A DNA stretch of 63,092 bases, filler included, from Atractiella rhizophila (GCA_021432655.1; 6 parts of 6 records of this genome joined end to end with filler, not necessarily neighbours in it); one strand, 5' to 3'; shown: positions 1 through 15,196, counted from the whole stretch's first letter. The notes: generated by a model not told the origin, from the sequence alone. Translations and numbers: made by a program.

Positions 1-64
1 GAAGATTTTGGTGAGCCTCCTTGCTGATACACTGGACTGTTCATGTGACATTCCTCTCAAAGAG

Positions 65-2194
65 ATGTCCTCGTCCGACTCTCCTCCAAACAGCTACCTC
101 CCACCCCAGCCAGCAATCTCAATTCGAGAATTTGGAGATCGCCTGGGATACACTTACTTCCCCCAAACCAAAGCTCCGGATGCAGGACACTTGAACAGAT
201 ATGACAACGACCGGTTCTGGATAACAGTGGATGAGCAGTTGGTGTATTCCCCTTTCTTCAAGGACTCTGGGCCTTTGCATGTCGGTTATTTTTACCGATT
301 TTGCCTTCACCTACATAACATACTGGAGGTGAGAAAACTCTGTTGTTCAATTCTTGGCTTAGACGAAGTACTAGGATGAAAACATGGCTGGCAAACGGGT
401 TGTGCTCTACTCCAGTTCTTGTCCAGATAAAAAGGCAAACGCGGCGCTACTTTTGTCACTGTATTGTGTAAGACGGCACTATGTCCTAGGAGTATGGACT
501 AATCACGGTCCAGCTGGTTGTTCTCAGATGGGCACCATCTGACGCCCTCCATCCTCTGTCCGAGCTTGAATTTGTTTGTTCATGCCACCTCCTAAGATTC
601 CAACTGAGTTGTTTTAGCAACCCTTTCGCGACGCGGGATACGCACGAGCAGATTTCCATATGTCTATACAGGTGGCCCTTTCTCTGATGTCAATGGAGTT
701 AGGCCTTACCTTTGAACAGGATTGCGTTTATGGCGTGAAGAAAGCAATTGATAATCGCCTTCTGCGACTAGACTGTTTTGATCTGAAGGAGTACGAGTAT
801 TTCGAGAAGGGTATGCCAAATGTCGATGGGAACTGCTCAGTCTCACTAAATGGATAGTGGAGAATGGCGATTGGAACTGGATCACGCCAGGGATCATAGC
901 CTTCGCCAGTCCACTGGAGAAAAACTACCCCAACCGAAGAACCAGCGATGTCAGCAAGCTTCCGAGAGCGTTCATCAACGCCCTGGAGCATTTTGAGAAA
1001 GACGGTGTGAAAGTGTGAGATTGGATCACCTCTCAAATTCAGCATGCCTCTGACGGTTAATAGTATCATCCGGTTGAATAAGAAGCTGTACGATGCGAGA
1101 CATTTCACGGATAGAGGTATGGATCACAGGGAAAGTGAGATCTTTGTCTCTAAGTGCTGGACGACTGTAATAGTTATCTCTTCTAGTGTATTTCGATGAC
1201 GGAACGAACCCGACTTTCGAAATGTGTCGCGAATTCATTGATATTTGCAAGTCAACTCACGCGCAAAAGGGTGTGGTCGCCGTACACTGTAAGGCTGGCC
1301 TTGGCAGAACAGGAACGCTGATCGGCGCGTACCTTATCTATGAATACGGATTCACGGCTTCCGAAGCTATCGCTTTCATGAGAGTTATGCGTCCAGGTTT
1401 GTCGCTCCATATGGCTCCGTTCGTTGTCTAACAGTTGGCTCCAGGAATGTGCGTCGGGTACGTTCCATTTCGTTGATGACAACCATGAATTTCATTCGCA
1501 TCTCAGGCCGCAACAACAATTTCTTTATGAAAACCAGCAAGTGTGGGTGAAATGGGCAGCTCAAGATGCTATGGCCGTTGCTCGTCGGCGATCGCGAACT
1601 CCACCTCTTAGACCTCAAAATGGGATCCCCGTAACTCCTTCCAACACACGTGTGCCTGGTCAACGTGAGCACTCTTACAATGCTTTCCCTCGTCTTAAGA
1701 TGACTTGAGCAGCCCGAAAAACGCCAGGGAAGCTGAAGAACGAGACTGCAGCACCTGAGGAATTAGATGATGAGAATGATGCGGCCGTTAGACCAGTGAC
1801 TCGCTCTGTCCGAAGTCGAATAGCAAAGCCACACCCGGTAAGCGCGAACGTGATTCAATCGGAACGCTCGAGCACTCCCACCAGAGAGCCGGAAGTGAAA
1901 CGATCACGCGGATCAAAGAACCTATCAAACCTGTTTGAGGAAGGTCCGTCTAGTGCAATTGAGGATGGATCTGCCGAAAGACGCTACGATTTGAGATCAG
2001 CACCGCGTGTGCCGTCACCATCAAGACTTCCCCGGCCGCGCAACATGCCACCAGGTCACATGGAGCGACCAAGGAGAATGTATGCTCTTGCTTGTGTTGA
2101 TTCCAGGTGTTGATCGTGGCGCAGTGCCTCAAAATCCAGCACTTCCACCACTACTGCCCGACGGCGTACTAGGCGGTCGAGTGGGAAGGAGTAG
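65..2194 (+). CDS. CDC14: Cdc14 dual-specificity protein phosphatase (multi-exon)
   Basis: Spliced exons give LVYSPFFKDSGPL, PFRDAGYARADF, ENGDWNWITP and YFDDG, plus the catalytic loop VHCKAGLGRTG (~1282-1314). Many ~45-nt introns, including a 13-nt micro-exon at 1445-1457. Ends are inferred from splice signals. Confidence 0.93.
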
Positions 2195-2519
2195 CTTGAT
2201 GGACTTCGTCTCTTCGGAACCGTTGCTATGTAGTCAACATTTGTTCTGTCCCTTAGTTTTTCTTGGATTTTTTGCTTACTTGGTAGCTTGGAAGTATGAA
2301 GCCCCGCCCTATCTGAGTTGATGCGCTGATGCCGATTGGTCTGTGCGCTCTGTCCCGGAATGTTCAGCTTTATCAGAGCAGCAGAGGGGAAACGATGGCT
2401 GCATGAGTCGCAGGGCTAAGGTGGAAGAACATATGGAGCTAACATAACGGTGCTTTCGATGTTTCTTTATTCATTAATCGCAACCTGCACACAGCCGATA
2501 GTTAGCGACAAATCTCATA

Positions 2520-5500
2520 TCAGACAGAAACAAAGCCCACATTCTCAAAAAACTGTCTAAGAATGCCAGATAAAATCTGAGGAAGTACTGCTACATCTCT
2601 TAAGACCACATAATATTCGAAAGGAAACGAATCCATGTAACGGTCCAGCTTGACCTCCATACCAGAACCGTCAGATTTCGATACGTACGACAAGGAGTTG
2701 AGAGAGAGGATAGACTCCGATTCTCCAGCTGAATTGCGATGAAGAGAATCAACAATAATAAAGACCACCAATATCCTCTGCTCTTTGGCCTGCCGGAGGA
2801 GATGACGGAGCTTGTCGTGATCGTTACAGTGACCATCGGAAATTATGATCTCGAGCTGCCACAGTTCTGCAGCTGTGCTTGATGCACGCTCTGCAGCCGA
2901 CGAGAATTCGGCCATAGACTTTTCCAACAAGAGTGCCACATCCGTTTTCTCTTGATCAAATGTGAATGCATCGATGATGGATGCCCCGTCCATTGCAACC
3001 GTGGCGGCTAGAGGGCGGACCATTTTAACGACGCCTCCAAAACTTGCAAGGCCAATTTGACCAACTTCTAACCTCTCCAAGCCTTGCAAGAGGAGTGCCA
3101 TGGCTTTGAGAGTGAGATCTATGGTCTTGTCTTCTCTCATGCTCTTGGAATCATCGATCGCCAAAAGTATATTGTATTCCCTTTGGCTTGGACGTGTCCT
3201 TCTCATCCAGATCTTGTCCTTTTTGAAATCCGATGCGACAAAGGAAATGACTTTCTTCATGTTGAGTCGTTTCCCTGTCCGGTAATCGCCTCTCAAGCGC
3301 GTGGACATCGTGGGTTCGAGTATGAGTCGAAGCTGCTCTGCCAGCTGGAAAGACAAGGATGAGGTAGACGTCATGTAATGTTTCCACACGGCAGCAGGAT
3401 CAAGGGGTTGCTCTGCGTTTGCTTCGCGCCAGGTAGCATGGGTCATGAGCTTCGGTTGCGGCTCGTCTTGCGAGAGCTTGGGTGAGTTGATGTTTGTCTG
3501 ATCGAACATTCCGCTCGATGGTTTGAACTCTGCAAAGGGGATTGCCTTTTCTTCGGTGGTATCGTTATGGTCGAAATCTTCGCAGATATCCATAGTAACA
3601 TCATTCCTTTCTTGGATCCCACCCTGTTCATCAGATATCCCTGCCTCCTCCATTTTAACGTCTTCCTCATGATCCTGTGGAGTGCCCATTGTATCACCAG
3701 CATTGTCTGCCCTGTTTCTGAATTCCTCAACCTCGGCTTGAGTAGCAGCCGCGAGAACGGAGTCGGGATCAGTCGACTCGTTTGGATCATACGTCACTTC
3801 TGCTCTCTCCAGTCCACCTGAATTTTCCGACTCGGATTGCTCGAGAATATCCTGAAGCCGCTTTCTTAAGGCAGATAGGGATTGGTCCACTGTGCGGTTC
3901 TGGCTAACCGAAGGGCGGTGACTTTCTTGGCTCTGGTGACCTTGAATGTCAAGATTGTTGGTCGGAGTCTGTGCTGAGTCATTCCAGGAAGGTTGGGTAG
4001 CGCCAGGTTGGGTGGTATCTGCATCGTCAGGAGACGTTCCTGACTGATGCTGGGAACTTGAGGGGTTCTGGTTTAGATCATTGGTAGCATTCTCATCATT
4101 GTTTCTCTCGAGGAGTTCCGAGTCTTGTTGCCCTTGACCTCCACCAGAAGAGGCAAGTGTACTTTCAAATCCATCTTTTTGGCCGCTAGTTTCTTCAGAT
4201 GGATCATCTACCTTGTCGTCTTCTCCGCCATCTACATCCTTCATTCCTTCTGGTGAGGCAGGGTCCTCCTCGTCCGGAAGGTTTCCTATCTTATACGTCA
4301 GCGGATCGATTATGTTGTGCGTTCATTTACCTTCATTTTCTTCCGCAAGAACACTGTCCACTTCATCTGCTTCTGCTTCAGTATTATCAGTTGGCAGATC
4401 AATATTCAAGTCTTCGGGAAGCTGCAGAACCTCTTGTTCTGTCATCGCAACCTGATCTAGGCCGTTTTGCGGCTCGTGGATGTCGTCTTGAGGCGGCTCG
4501 CTGCTCTCTTCATCCTGCAATTCACTCGTGTTTTCTGAGTCCTTTTCCGCGCCAATGTCCTCTCGCTCTGTCGGGTTCTTTGTAGGGTCTTTGGACTCTT
4601 CGTCGCCATCGCCTTGACCTTGATCCTCTGTGTCCATTGGCTCCTCCTGCAGTTTGTTTTGCTCTTGAGAACGGTCGACTTGGCTTCCAGGCTGAGAGCG
4701 TTCATCTTCTCGTTGTCCTTCCCAAAACTTTTCGTCGACCGCGGTAGAATCCAGAGGATCGACGCTTGACATCTTTTCCTCTATGTCATCCTCAGATCCC
4801 TTATCCTGTTGGTCCTCTTCCTCGTTATTATATTCCCTCTCTTCTCCTTCAAACTCTTCACTCATTTCCACCGCATCTTTCTGACTAGTATCGAAATCTT
4901 CCTCTTTCTTGTTCTCTGGCATTTCCTCCTTTAGCCCCTCAAGTTCTTCCTCCCCAGGAATCTGGTCGCTAATGTTCTTCTGACCATGTCCTTCCCCCAA
5001 CCCCGTCCCCGATTCTAACTCGCCGGAACTAGCGTCTTCTTCTCCAGCTCCAGCATCTGGAGGTTGACAAAAGCCTTCCTTAGAAAGCGACAAGACCGTG
5101 TTCGACAACACATACGTAAGTTTGGCGATTGCTTTTTGCCAATGTAGGGATTGATGAACCGTAAGACGTAAGGCTTCCAAATATGCTCCTGAGAATGGTA
5201 AACATCGAGATACACAACGCTTTGCGCAGTGAGGCGTTCTCAATTTCGAAATCTGGTCAATGAACTCCACAAGGTGTGTACTGAATTCCACGGCCCGAAA
5301 AGAGGATGAAATCCTGTGCACCAACCGGTCTGGACGGCTCAAAAATCCTTTCGGGGGGAAAGAATCAGTCTCAGTTTTGATAGAGACATCTTCATCTATG
5401 ATGCGCGAGAGATCTTGCATAACCACGAGAACATTATCCACCAGATCATTAGATATTTGACGAAGGGATTCGTCGTGCTCCCACTTCTCAGATTCCTCCA

Positions 5501-8500
5501 CTGTCACAACAGTTTTGAGCTCCTCCTCGAATGATAAAAGCCATTGCAGTGTTGGCCGAATTGCGTATGCAAGCAAAGGAAATTCGCTCGTCGCGAGACG
5601 GAGTCTCTGAACGGTGCAGAGGTGTATCGAGACTGACGATTGGAGCAGTTTAACTTCACCAGGCACCCATGTAATCCTCGGTAGCGAGCTCGAACAACTT
5701 CTCGCTTTCAAGCTTTTGAGGTGCTCCTTGATGTCGTCGATCGTCGGTCGGATGAGTTGTCGAAATTGTTGCGTGATCGTCTGATCTGGAAGCGAGTCGC
5801 ATGTGATTTCGACTAGGTGATTTAATTCCTGGAGGGCATCCTGAATGTGGCTGAATATAACGACATGTCTTTCTATTTTAGAGTCAGAATGAGTCCATCC
5901 TTCGTTGTTTTTTGCCATTTCTTGGAGGCGCAGTACAGCTTCCTCGATGATGGAGAACTTTGACACCAGGTTACACAAAGCGCCGTGCCCACGGTACATA
6001 ATCGAAACGCAGCTATCGATGTAACCAATTGCCCTTTCTAGATCGCTCTTGAGGATGTCACTATGGGTTGCAGCGATTGATGCATGAACTTCGGGGAGCA
6101 AATGGAGGATCCGAAAAAGGTAACGCAGATAAGGCCTAGCATCACCGTCAAAGGCTACAATAAAGCTTCAGTAGAAATTCGACACGACAGGCGTATTTCT
6201 CACCAGAGGTGTTTAATGGCGGCAAGGTAAACAGGTAATAGTCGTCGCGAACATTGCTTTGAGTTTCCGCAGTAGGTCGAAGCGGCAGCCCTGACAGTCT
6301 TAAGCTCTTTAATAGATCGCTCCAAGCTTTCCGCTTCAGGCGGAGTAGATTCTTCTTTGCGATAGTTCTATTACCTCCATTTGCTGTGACGGGTAGAGGA
6401 TGATCACGAAGCTCCTGAGTGGTGGTAATGACCATTGAAGAAAGTGTGTCAACGTCGTCCGCCCAGTTACTGGTGAGAGTGTGGGATAGCTTGTCGTTGA
6501 GAATGTTTTGAAGTTGATGCCATGTATTCCTCAGATTTCGGTGTCTCGAGTATCGCTCTGATGTGTCTTCATCGAGATCAAGCGACATTTCTGAGGATGG
6601 CGGCCGCATAGTCACGCTGAAGGGGGTCTGCGCTTCTTCTTCTGGTGTAAAGCTGAAAAGTTGATTGGATGGCGCCTGTAGTCCTCGTCTGTATTTGCGC
6701 ACCTGCCTGTAGAGCTGAGAATGGCTCTTTTTGGCGCTGTCTCGAACCGCATAGACATTGGTATCCTTCCAGCTCGCCAACAGGATAACATTCGATATTT
6801 CTGCTTGACAACTTTGTGTGACAGCGCTGACTTCAGTCTCTATACTGGGGGAGAACTGTTTGTAGTATGTCTCGACATTGCTAACGGCGTCAGAAAGTGC
6901 AGGCGAAACCCGAAATTCTGGTACGGAGCGAAATTGCGTCATCATAGCTGAAAAGGAAAGCAGAAATCGAAGTCGTCCTTCGTACTGCCCAATGTTGCTG
7001 TCGGCAATAAACGAACGCAACAGCGATATGGTCTCACGCAGGCGCTTTGTTGGCTCTACATCGCTTTCCATGGCGGGTGACATGATAGTGTAAAATCTGA
7101 AGAACCAGTCGCTGAGGTCTGCGTTGAAATTCTTCTCCTCTTTTGAAAGCAGCGCAGACCATGATTGCAATTCTAAACGCCTCCAAGACAACACAAGCTG
7201 GATCAGATCTGAACGAAAGTATTCCAAGGAGTGTGCCTTGTCTGCGTATTTTTCCCAGTCTTCTAAATCAAGCAGCAACTGCTCTAATTTCGTTAAGATG
7301 CGCATGATTGGAGTGTCGATATAAAGACGAAGAATGTCATCACAACGATCTCTGAGATGTTCGAGAACGACTTGCTCCGGAAACTCTGCCAAAAGAGATG
7401 ATAGGCGTTGGCGAAGTGGTCGAAGGCAAGCAATGGCGCGTGACGTTTCACGAATGTTACCTTCAGAGTAAAAATCAGGGGTTTCATCATTCAATCCATC
7501 CATTGCCCTCCTCCATTGATGCAATCTGGTGGTCTGATATGGTAGACTGAGATTATCCAAACTGTCGGCGAAAGTTACAGCTGAATTCTGGATCACGGTT
7601 TGCAAGATCGCGTCTCGACTGGCCTCTAAGATCCTCATTGCTTTTTGTGATTGGTGGCCAAGGAACAAGGCGCTATGGATTGTCCATATTTCAGACCACC
7701 AAATGCTTTTCCGAGGCGTAGGAAGTATTGGTTCATCTATGTCCGATTCATCATAAGCAGGGAAGAGGTCGTGGAACTCTTGTCCATCCACATCGTTCTC
7801 ACTGTCGAGATAGTCGTAAGTTTTCATTTTATACAAGCTGTCTTTCGATTGCTTCTCGTTTTCTTGGATGTCCTGTAGTCGCAACCATTCAGAATGCAAT
7901 ATTGTGTACGCTGATAAGATAGTGGATCTGTCGAGCACAATTGGCAAATTGCATTGGCGTCTGAGGCATAAACCGAGGCGGAAGAGATTCCATTCCATCA
8001 AAGGGAAGCCAGAAAGAGAGGGGAGATCGACATCCTCAATTGAAATTGCTACCGTGGGAAACGTGAGGATGTTTTCGACCAATTCTTGCACCTGAGCAGT
8101 ACTCCGTGATGGAGCGTTCCCGACAATCGACAATCCAAGCTGAAGGATGGATAAGCAGAAGAAAATTGGCCGGAGGATATCGTCAAAGTAACCATAAATT
8201 TGCGATAACTTTTGGGTAAAGAGCTGGACAGATGCATATAGGTTTCGACTAATTTCCGAAGAGTTGTCGTTCAATGCTGGAGGGCTAAGTGCATTGGAGA
8301 GATCAACATGCAGAACATGCTTCGAAAAACCGTGCAGATCCTGGAAGAGCGCGAATAGAAGGGCTGGTTGGGGGAGACGGGAGACTGGCGGAACCGGAAG
8401 ACTCGCCGCCTCTACCTTCAGAAGATCATTCCATCGCTCGAGGAGGGCAATCCTCGGAGTACTTTGTGCGGGGAAAACAACATTTGACTCGGCATCGACA

Positions 8501-11500
8501 TGGGTAGAGGTATCGATACCGGCAATTTCATCCGCCAGGAAAGATCCACGATGCAGAATTACAGCCACTGGATCCACAGGGAAGTTGGGAATGAGCAGGC
8601 GCCAGAAACTTCGCGCAAGCGCTACCATACTCTTGCCAAGCTCGGTTTCATACTCTCCTTGTTCCACTGCAGCGAGCAAGGCATAAGCCTGTGGCATCAA
8701 TGTCGAGCAAAATACTGTCCGATACTCCTCGTTTGCTGATGTCGAAGCTCGCTCCAGGATCTGACGACTAACAATCAATGTGGCTGTCAATGTCGATTGC
8801 GGATGTTGCTGCACGAGCTCTATCGAAGATTCCATGACAATGCGGATCTGCTAGCTGATTGGCATAAAGGCCGGACGAAACCAATGGAACTCACAGCATC
8901 AATGGAAGCAAAAAAAAGGCGGACAAGCTGAAGCCGTCTGGAGTGCTGCTGTAAGGAGTTTCGAAGTAATCGCTGTACATCCATCGCTCCCTGAGCTTCT
9001 TTCCGAACTTGGGAAAGATCTTGCAGAGAAGCATCGGGTCTTGTTTTCGTCAGAATACAAAGAAACGATGATCACTGCAACTCACTTCATTCCCACAACA
9101 GAAGCCAAAATCTGTGCCCGTAGAAGCAAATGTGGCTGCCACTCTCTTGTCTACTGAAGTATTAAGGGGATGCAAGCGACAACGACGGCGTGGACAAGGG
9201 CTCACACTGATGCCGATTCCCTGCAGGCCGTGACAAGCATGTTCGAAGGTCTGGGACAACATCTGGAGTGTGTCCGCTGCCTGCAAGGCTGGATTTGAAG
9301 TGTTGATGATAATGGAAAGTGGAATATGATTACTGCTTTTCAGTAGGTGCTTGAGAAATGGTACTACGCTTGTGCCCTACTTTCTTGTGAATAACATGTA
9401 GGAATGACCAAGGTGACGACCTACGTCGAGAATTGTCTGCATCTGAGTCTCTATTCCAACCACCTCTTCATAAAGACTTGAGTGATTGTAATCGGAGTTG
9501 ATGCATGAGGTGGCCGAGTTTAGGGCCTGTATTTTATCAGCGTGTCCCTGCCACCACGTTCAACTCACCTCAAATATGCCCACGGATCTTTCTTGTCTAC
9601 ATTCTGAAGAAAGGATCGTCGAGATTTCTGAAATGATGTTGCTCATATCTAATAAACTATCAGCCAACAATGGATACCTTGGAAAACCAACCTTCAAGCT
9701 TGGTGGTGTGAATCCTGGAAACGATCACATTTTTATTCAGCCCGTATAGCCTTTTATCACTAATGCTGAATCCTCTCCAGAACAGTTCGAACCCCTTGCC
9801 ACTTAAGCGATTCACAAGTGTGATCGCACGCCTAACCTTAGCCACGACTGGATCTGACCAGGGCTTCAGAGCCGATGGAAATGTCTGCACCAATTTCGTC
9901 AACCACTCCAGTGTTTCAGCCACTGCCGCATGGTCAAAAGTATGGCGCGCTGCCAGAGCAATCAAATGACGATTGTACGCTCCTAGAAAAAAGATCAAGT
10001 CTGTCACGTCCTGAAGCTAATATCAGTCAAAATGTCACGTAGGACATTGGCTCACAGTTTGAAGGGTCTCAAAATTAAACCCGCATAGCTCAATGAGCAG
10101 TGCTTGTAGGTCCATTTGAGCAATTGTGACCATCTGCACGTAATCCCCTCCAGAAGTATTTTTCCCATCAAAGGAGGAAGAGTCGGCAGAATGTCGACAA
10201 GATGCTAAATTGTAGATGGCGGCGGAATGTGCCGAAACGACGGTTTCCAGGTGTGCATCTGATATTTGCAGGAAGTGAAAGGGCAACGCAGCTTTGTCAA
10301 GAGGCTGTGCCAAAGTTATACGGACTCAACTTTAGAAATGAAGAGTAGCTTACACGGTAAGTGACGAAGTGGCGCCGCTGAGATAATGTCTCAGCAGTAC
10401 GCATGACGTTCGCATATAGCCCACAATCAACTGCTCGGGATAGAAGTTGACCCAATGACCTATCAGAGGACAAGTGACAGTCGAACCTCGCGGCAATCCC
10501 ATGATATGACGGAGGGATTTTAGCCAGTTTATTTTGCAAGGAAGCGCAATGCCACATAACTGAGGGACTAGGAGCGAGCGGAGAAAATAATCTCGTGAGC
10601 CAAGTCAAAGAAGGCTCGTATAAGAGGTTCCGGTATCCAGTATCATTTCCAAATCCCAACGGTGTCTCTGAAGTAACCAAGAATGTCTCAATACCTCGGT
10701 TCCTCATGGCGCGAGACAACTCTCCTTTGGATGGGTCAAGGCTGAGGAACATTCTGAAGTCCGGATGAGGGTTGATTGTTATTACTTCGCCTTCAACCGG
10801 TCCTCTTTCGTTCACTTGCAAGCGACCATTGATCTCGAAGACAGAGTTAAGACGGTCTAAAACAGCCTGGCTACAAAAGTTGGCGTTACGCAACAAAAGC
10901 CACTCTCCAGACAGCATTGACCTCACTAGGCTCCCGTCTCTCCAGACGAAGGAACCCTTTTTGATATCCAGGCTGAGGAGCTTCTGGCGAATGGCGGCTA
11001 ATTTGGAGGTATAGGTCGATTGGTCCTGTAAACACTTCTCTGTGGCGTGCAGGGTGTTTAGTGCGCACTCCCTATCCAATTTCGTTCCTTCGGCCTTGAA
11101 TAGAAGATAGTGGAGCTGAGGGATTACGTCCATAATATGTTCGCCACCAACACCGGAGTGCACGGCCTCCGAAACGGTGCAACTGAGCATCTCTATCGCC
11201 TGTCGAAATCGGATTTGCTTAGTATCTTGCTCAAAAGTCCCGAGGAGTTCCATGGTATCCTGGGAGCTACTCATGTCAAATTCCCGCAATCTGCTCCCTT
11301 TCAACGATGCTAACGTTCGAACTACACCCAAACGAATCTCTTCACATAAACTTTGGAGAATAATCAACCATCCACGATCAATGGCAGTCGCCAGACTCCG
11401 ATATTCTCCGTGGTATTCTGAAATGAGAATGGGGAAGGCAGACGGTGAGTGGCTCATGGGAAGCTCACGTCTAGGCATTAGATGCCCTGCGTCGAGCTCT

Positions 11501-13127
11501 AAAAATGTCTCGGAAATGAACAAGGTAGTGGTCGTTCCTATATCTTCCATCCCAAGAAGTTTTTCGAAAAGTTCGGAAGCAGCTGCGCGATCCTGACGTG
11601 TTCGAAATCGATGAACGTAAAGCGTTTGGAGCTCTTTTTTGGCAGCATCGAACACTGTGCTCGAATCTTCCTCAACAGATTGCAAAAGTTGGAGCCACCT
11701 TAACGTATCTCGCAGGTTGAATTCCCAAGGTGCGCCAAACTGCCCAAAGCTACGCCGAACCCGAGTTTCGATATCCAGTTGCGCATTAACTAAGGCCATC
11801 TTTTGGAGCACAGAGATGTCGATGCGAGGACATACCGTGTGAGCGATTGCTACCGTGTCATGTTCAGTAAGGGCCTGTAGGGTAATGCTCGTAAAGCGAT
11901 TGAGGTAAGATTTGGGAAGACCTTTTCGCCCTCCGCCCTGAACTAGAGGGTTTTGAGTAGCAAATATACGGAACTGAGGATGTTTTCTGAAGTTACGATC
12001 TAGTTCCGGGATGTAAACTTCCCCGCGATGATCCAAACAGGAATTGAGGCCTTCAAGTACTGTCTGAGGAGCAAGATTCATCTAATACGGAGAAAAATGG
12101 TTTGAGCCAATCTGATGTCGAAAAAAGTTCCAAACCTCATCCAACAAAACCCAGTTCCCATTTTTCATTGCCGTCAGGAAAGGAGCATCTTTCCACGAGA
12201 ACCCCCCACCTTCCGTGGGTAAATCACTTCCAAAGAGGTCCGAAAGGTCCGTCTGATCTGATAGGTTGATTCTGATGGCTTCATAACCGCAGGCTGCAGC
12301 TAGAGCAAGTACCAAACTGGTCTTTCCAACTCCTGGATCTCCTTCCAGCAAGACTGGCTTGGAAATCTGCAAAGCCCGAAGCAGCTTTAACGTGTTGGAT
12401 CGTGCGGTAGGTGCCACAAAGCTGAATTGGGAGACCAGGGTGTCGTCCCGCCCTTTGACAACGCGAAACGGGCCAACTTGAAAGTAATCGGATGAGGAGA
12501 CAACACTTGGCGTCGCCTCAATTTCGATATTGGATGAATCAACCATGGAACTAGCCTTTCGTATACAGGAGAGTGTTGCTTCATCACTGACAGAAGCTGG
12601 CAACGCATCCACGCAGATGAGCAAACAGCCATGCACGAACGAGAGTGGCAACCCTAAACTCGATTTCGTCGCCTTCATAAAATCAATCCATGCTAGAGCG
12701 TCACGCAGGCCGAATGCTTTCTGAGAAAACGCATATTCTGTTTCAAACCAGCGAAAGAAGGATAGAATAGCTGTGCTGTATGCAGAAATATCTTCATTGG
12801 AAGATCGCGCCTGCATCACTTCGAGAAAGTCTTCAGTGTCTGACATCGAAGGGACCCAAATCTCTGTAAATCGATTCCTGAGTGCGGGCGAAAGCTCTTT
12901 CTTACCATAATCACCACCGGGATTCATAGTTGCAAGGATATTAAATCCAGGTGATGCTACTACGTGGAGATGACTGAAGTCGTCGCCTCCCATCTCTGTT
13001 ACCGTCATGGATCGTGATGGCTCCAACACGCTGTTGAGACGTTCTAGTACAGAGTCGTCCGCTAAAGATATTTCGTCTAGCAGAAGAAGGTCGCCTTCCT
13101 TCATCGCCTGTACTAAAGGACCATCGT
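2520..13127 (-). CDS. MDN1: Midasin/Rea1 AAA-ATPase, 3' part (5' end cut by contig edge)
   Basis: AAA modules (LLDEISLADDSVLERLNSVLE, LATMNPGGDYGKKELSPALRNRF, GDPGVGKT, FATQNP..GGGRKGLPKSYLNRF), a long linker, an acidic D/E region, and a C-terminal MIDAS domain (LRLILEPT..LRGDYRTGKRLNMKK, AIDDSKSM, IISDG). Confidence 0.96.
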
Positions 13128-13227
13128 NNNNNNNNNNNNNNNNNNNNNNNNNNNNNNNNNNNNNNNNNNNNTTAATTAATTAANNNNNNNNNNNNNNNNN
13201 NNNNNNNNNNNNNNNNNNNNNNNNNNN
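13128..13227. other. Artificial contig linker N44-TTAATTAATTAA-N44
   Basis: Identical 100-bp spacer with stops in all six frames, also at 26355-26454, 39561-39660, 52729-52828 and 58837-58936. Confidence 0.98.
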
Positions 13228-14257
13228 CTCCATCAGACGGGGTGAGAAGTTGATGCACTTATCAGCAGTTTTTAACGAGATGCTAGATCTTGACTTCAAG
13301 GCCGACATTTGTTTGCGAAGAAGCCGACTCTGCCATCACCCTCGGAGAAATCATACCTACCCCTCTCTACCTCTTCGATTTCCTTTCGAAAGCGTTGAAA
13401 TGGTTCGAAGAGCAAGTGCGGAACCGCTGGGAACGCTTACCCTCAGAACTACACTTAATCCTTCATGGCATGCGATATTCCTTTCTGGTCGCTCTCTGCG
13501 GCTATCAACGCTTCCGTCAGAAATGGACCTCCTTTTGTACTGGCTTGATCAAACAACAGAAGCTCAATCGCAGCGAGATATGTGAAAGCACTGACAGCTT
13601 CGCAGGAGATAGAAATTCTCTTAGAGAAGTTATTCTTTGGGTTGAGTCAGTTTGGACGGAGGGAATCCTCTTTTTGACAATGGGCTGGCTACTTAATCAT
13701 TGCTCCCCATCCTCAATCGACTGCTCATCTTCAATCAGTCCATCCATGCTGCCTCCTCGTCACAAAATCTTACGCTGGTTGAAGGGGAAACGTCTTACAA
13801 AAGGTCGCTTTTTCTCGTCATAAATCATCTCTGACCTCTTTTGTTAGCTGATCTGCACTTTACGACCCAGTCTGCCTTTCCACTCAAGCTAATCGCCGAT
13901 AACAGCTGGCCGACGAAGCGAGATCTGCCCCAGCACCCATTACGCAGCGTCATGGATGCCCTGAACAAAGACGTGGACGATGCCTTCTGTCTTGTCCGCC
14001 TATACCTCAGTCGAGAAGTAGGCCGATGGTATGCTTTCGATCACGAGTGTTTGAAACCTGCAAGCGATTCAGAATACTATCGCTCCGACGAAGAACTGAT
14101 CTCAGAGTACAAAACGAGGTTAGCGTTTATGTCTAAAGCTATGGATGATATCTCTGCGTTCATCCAAGACTTTGAGAAGGTCGAGGAGCCAGAATATCCA
14201 AACATGGTCAAGGTACATAACTATGGACGACGAACTGGCTCAACACGTTTTCCCTGA
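13228..14257 (+). CDS. Orphan protein, copy A (3' exons only; paralog of 15937-17810)
   Basis: ORFs 13290-13823 and 13841-14257 align end to end with copy B (WERLPSELHL, SISPSMLPPR, SREVGRWY, KVHNYG) and share intron positions. Confidence 0.75.
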
Positions 14258-15196
14258 ATAGACATGTTTTCCTGATTTATTCATATTTATAGTTAACAGT
14301 GTGTCAGTGACGCAGTAGTTCAGTCTGTCAAACTGCAATTTTCTTTCAATTCTTCCTCCATCAACAGCACACTCAGCAGTAGTTTCCACAAGTAGTTTTT
14401 CTATCAACTAATCTTTGTTTTGTGGTTTCTAACACCTAATCCGTGGTAATCGACTTCCATGGTCACTGCGTATTTTCTGCAAGCAATCTCCACTCCAAGA
14501 ACAATCATCAACAACCAATCCTAAAACATTGACACTCAGTCCCAGTCCGTCCTTGACAGGTCAACAACATTTCCCTGCAGTACTAAGTCGAAGGCATGGG
14601 TGGGTAGACGCGGAGGGCAGAGGGATTGGAGCACTGGGAATAGCGTTGACGCGAGACACAGTATCCGGAGGACGGTAGTGAGGTTGGCGGCGGGAATGTG
14701 TCAACTGGCGTGGAACGAGGGGAGACGAAGTATCAAAGCTTCGTAAATCCAACCAATGCGTTCATTTCGGCTCCCCAGGACTCTTTGATGGCTGTCTGCG
14801 ATGTGTTGATGTTGAAAAGGAGGCTCGTAGTACGACGACCAATATCGGCGTCTGAACTACTCCATACTCTCATCAAATGAGAACAAAGGAGCTTGGCATC
14901 ACGTACCAAAGCGCCCAAAGGCTTAAACAGCTTCTTGATGGCAGTACCTTCTGTTCTTGAGAATGGAGCACAGATCGTTCAGAAGTGAGCGCGAGCATCG
15001 CAGCAGTGCCGAAGAAAGATGCGTTCCGTGTAGCACTGAGCCCTCTGGCTGTATTGATTCTAAAGTCAAACGGCATCAGTGATCCAATATGCGCAACAAT
15101 TTCCATCATCTGCCGTCTTGTTGATGGTTTAGATAATTTCTACAGATTTTTGCGCTGCCTTTTCGGTGGCGCCAACAATCTCCGTCATCGTCATTC

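Noticed and set aside
13128..13227. Recurring TTAATTAATTAA motif and apparent gene neighbourhoods across it
   Set aside because: Synthetic linker. Contigs 2-4 fall in size order (13127, 13106, 13068 bp), so adjacency across linkers has no biological meaning.
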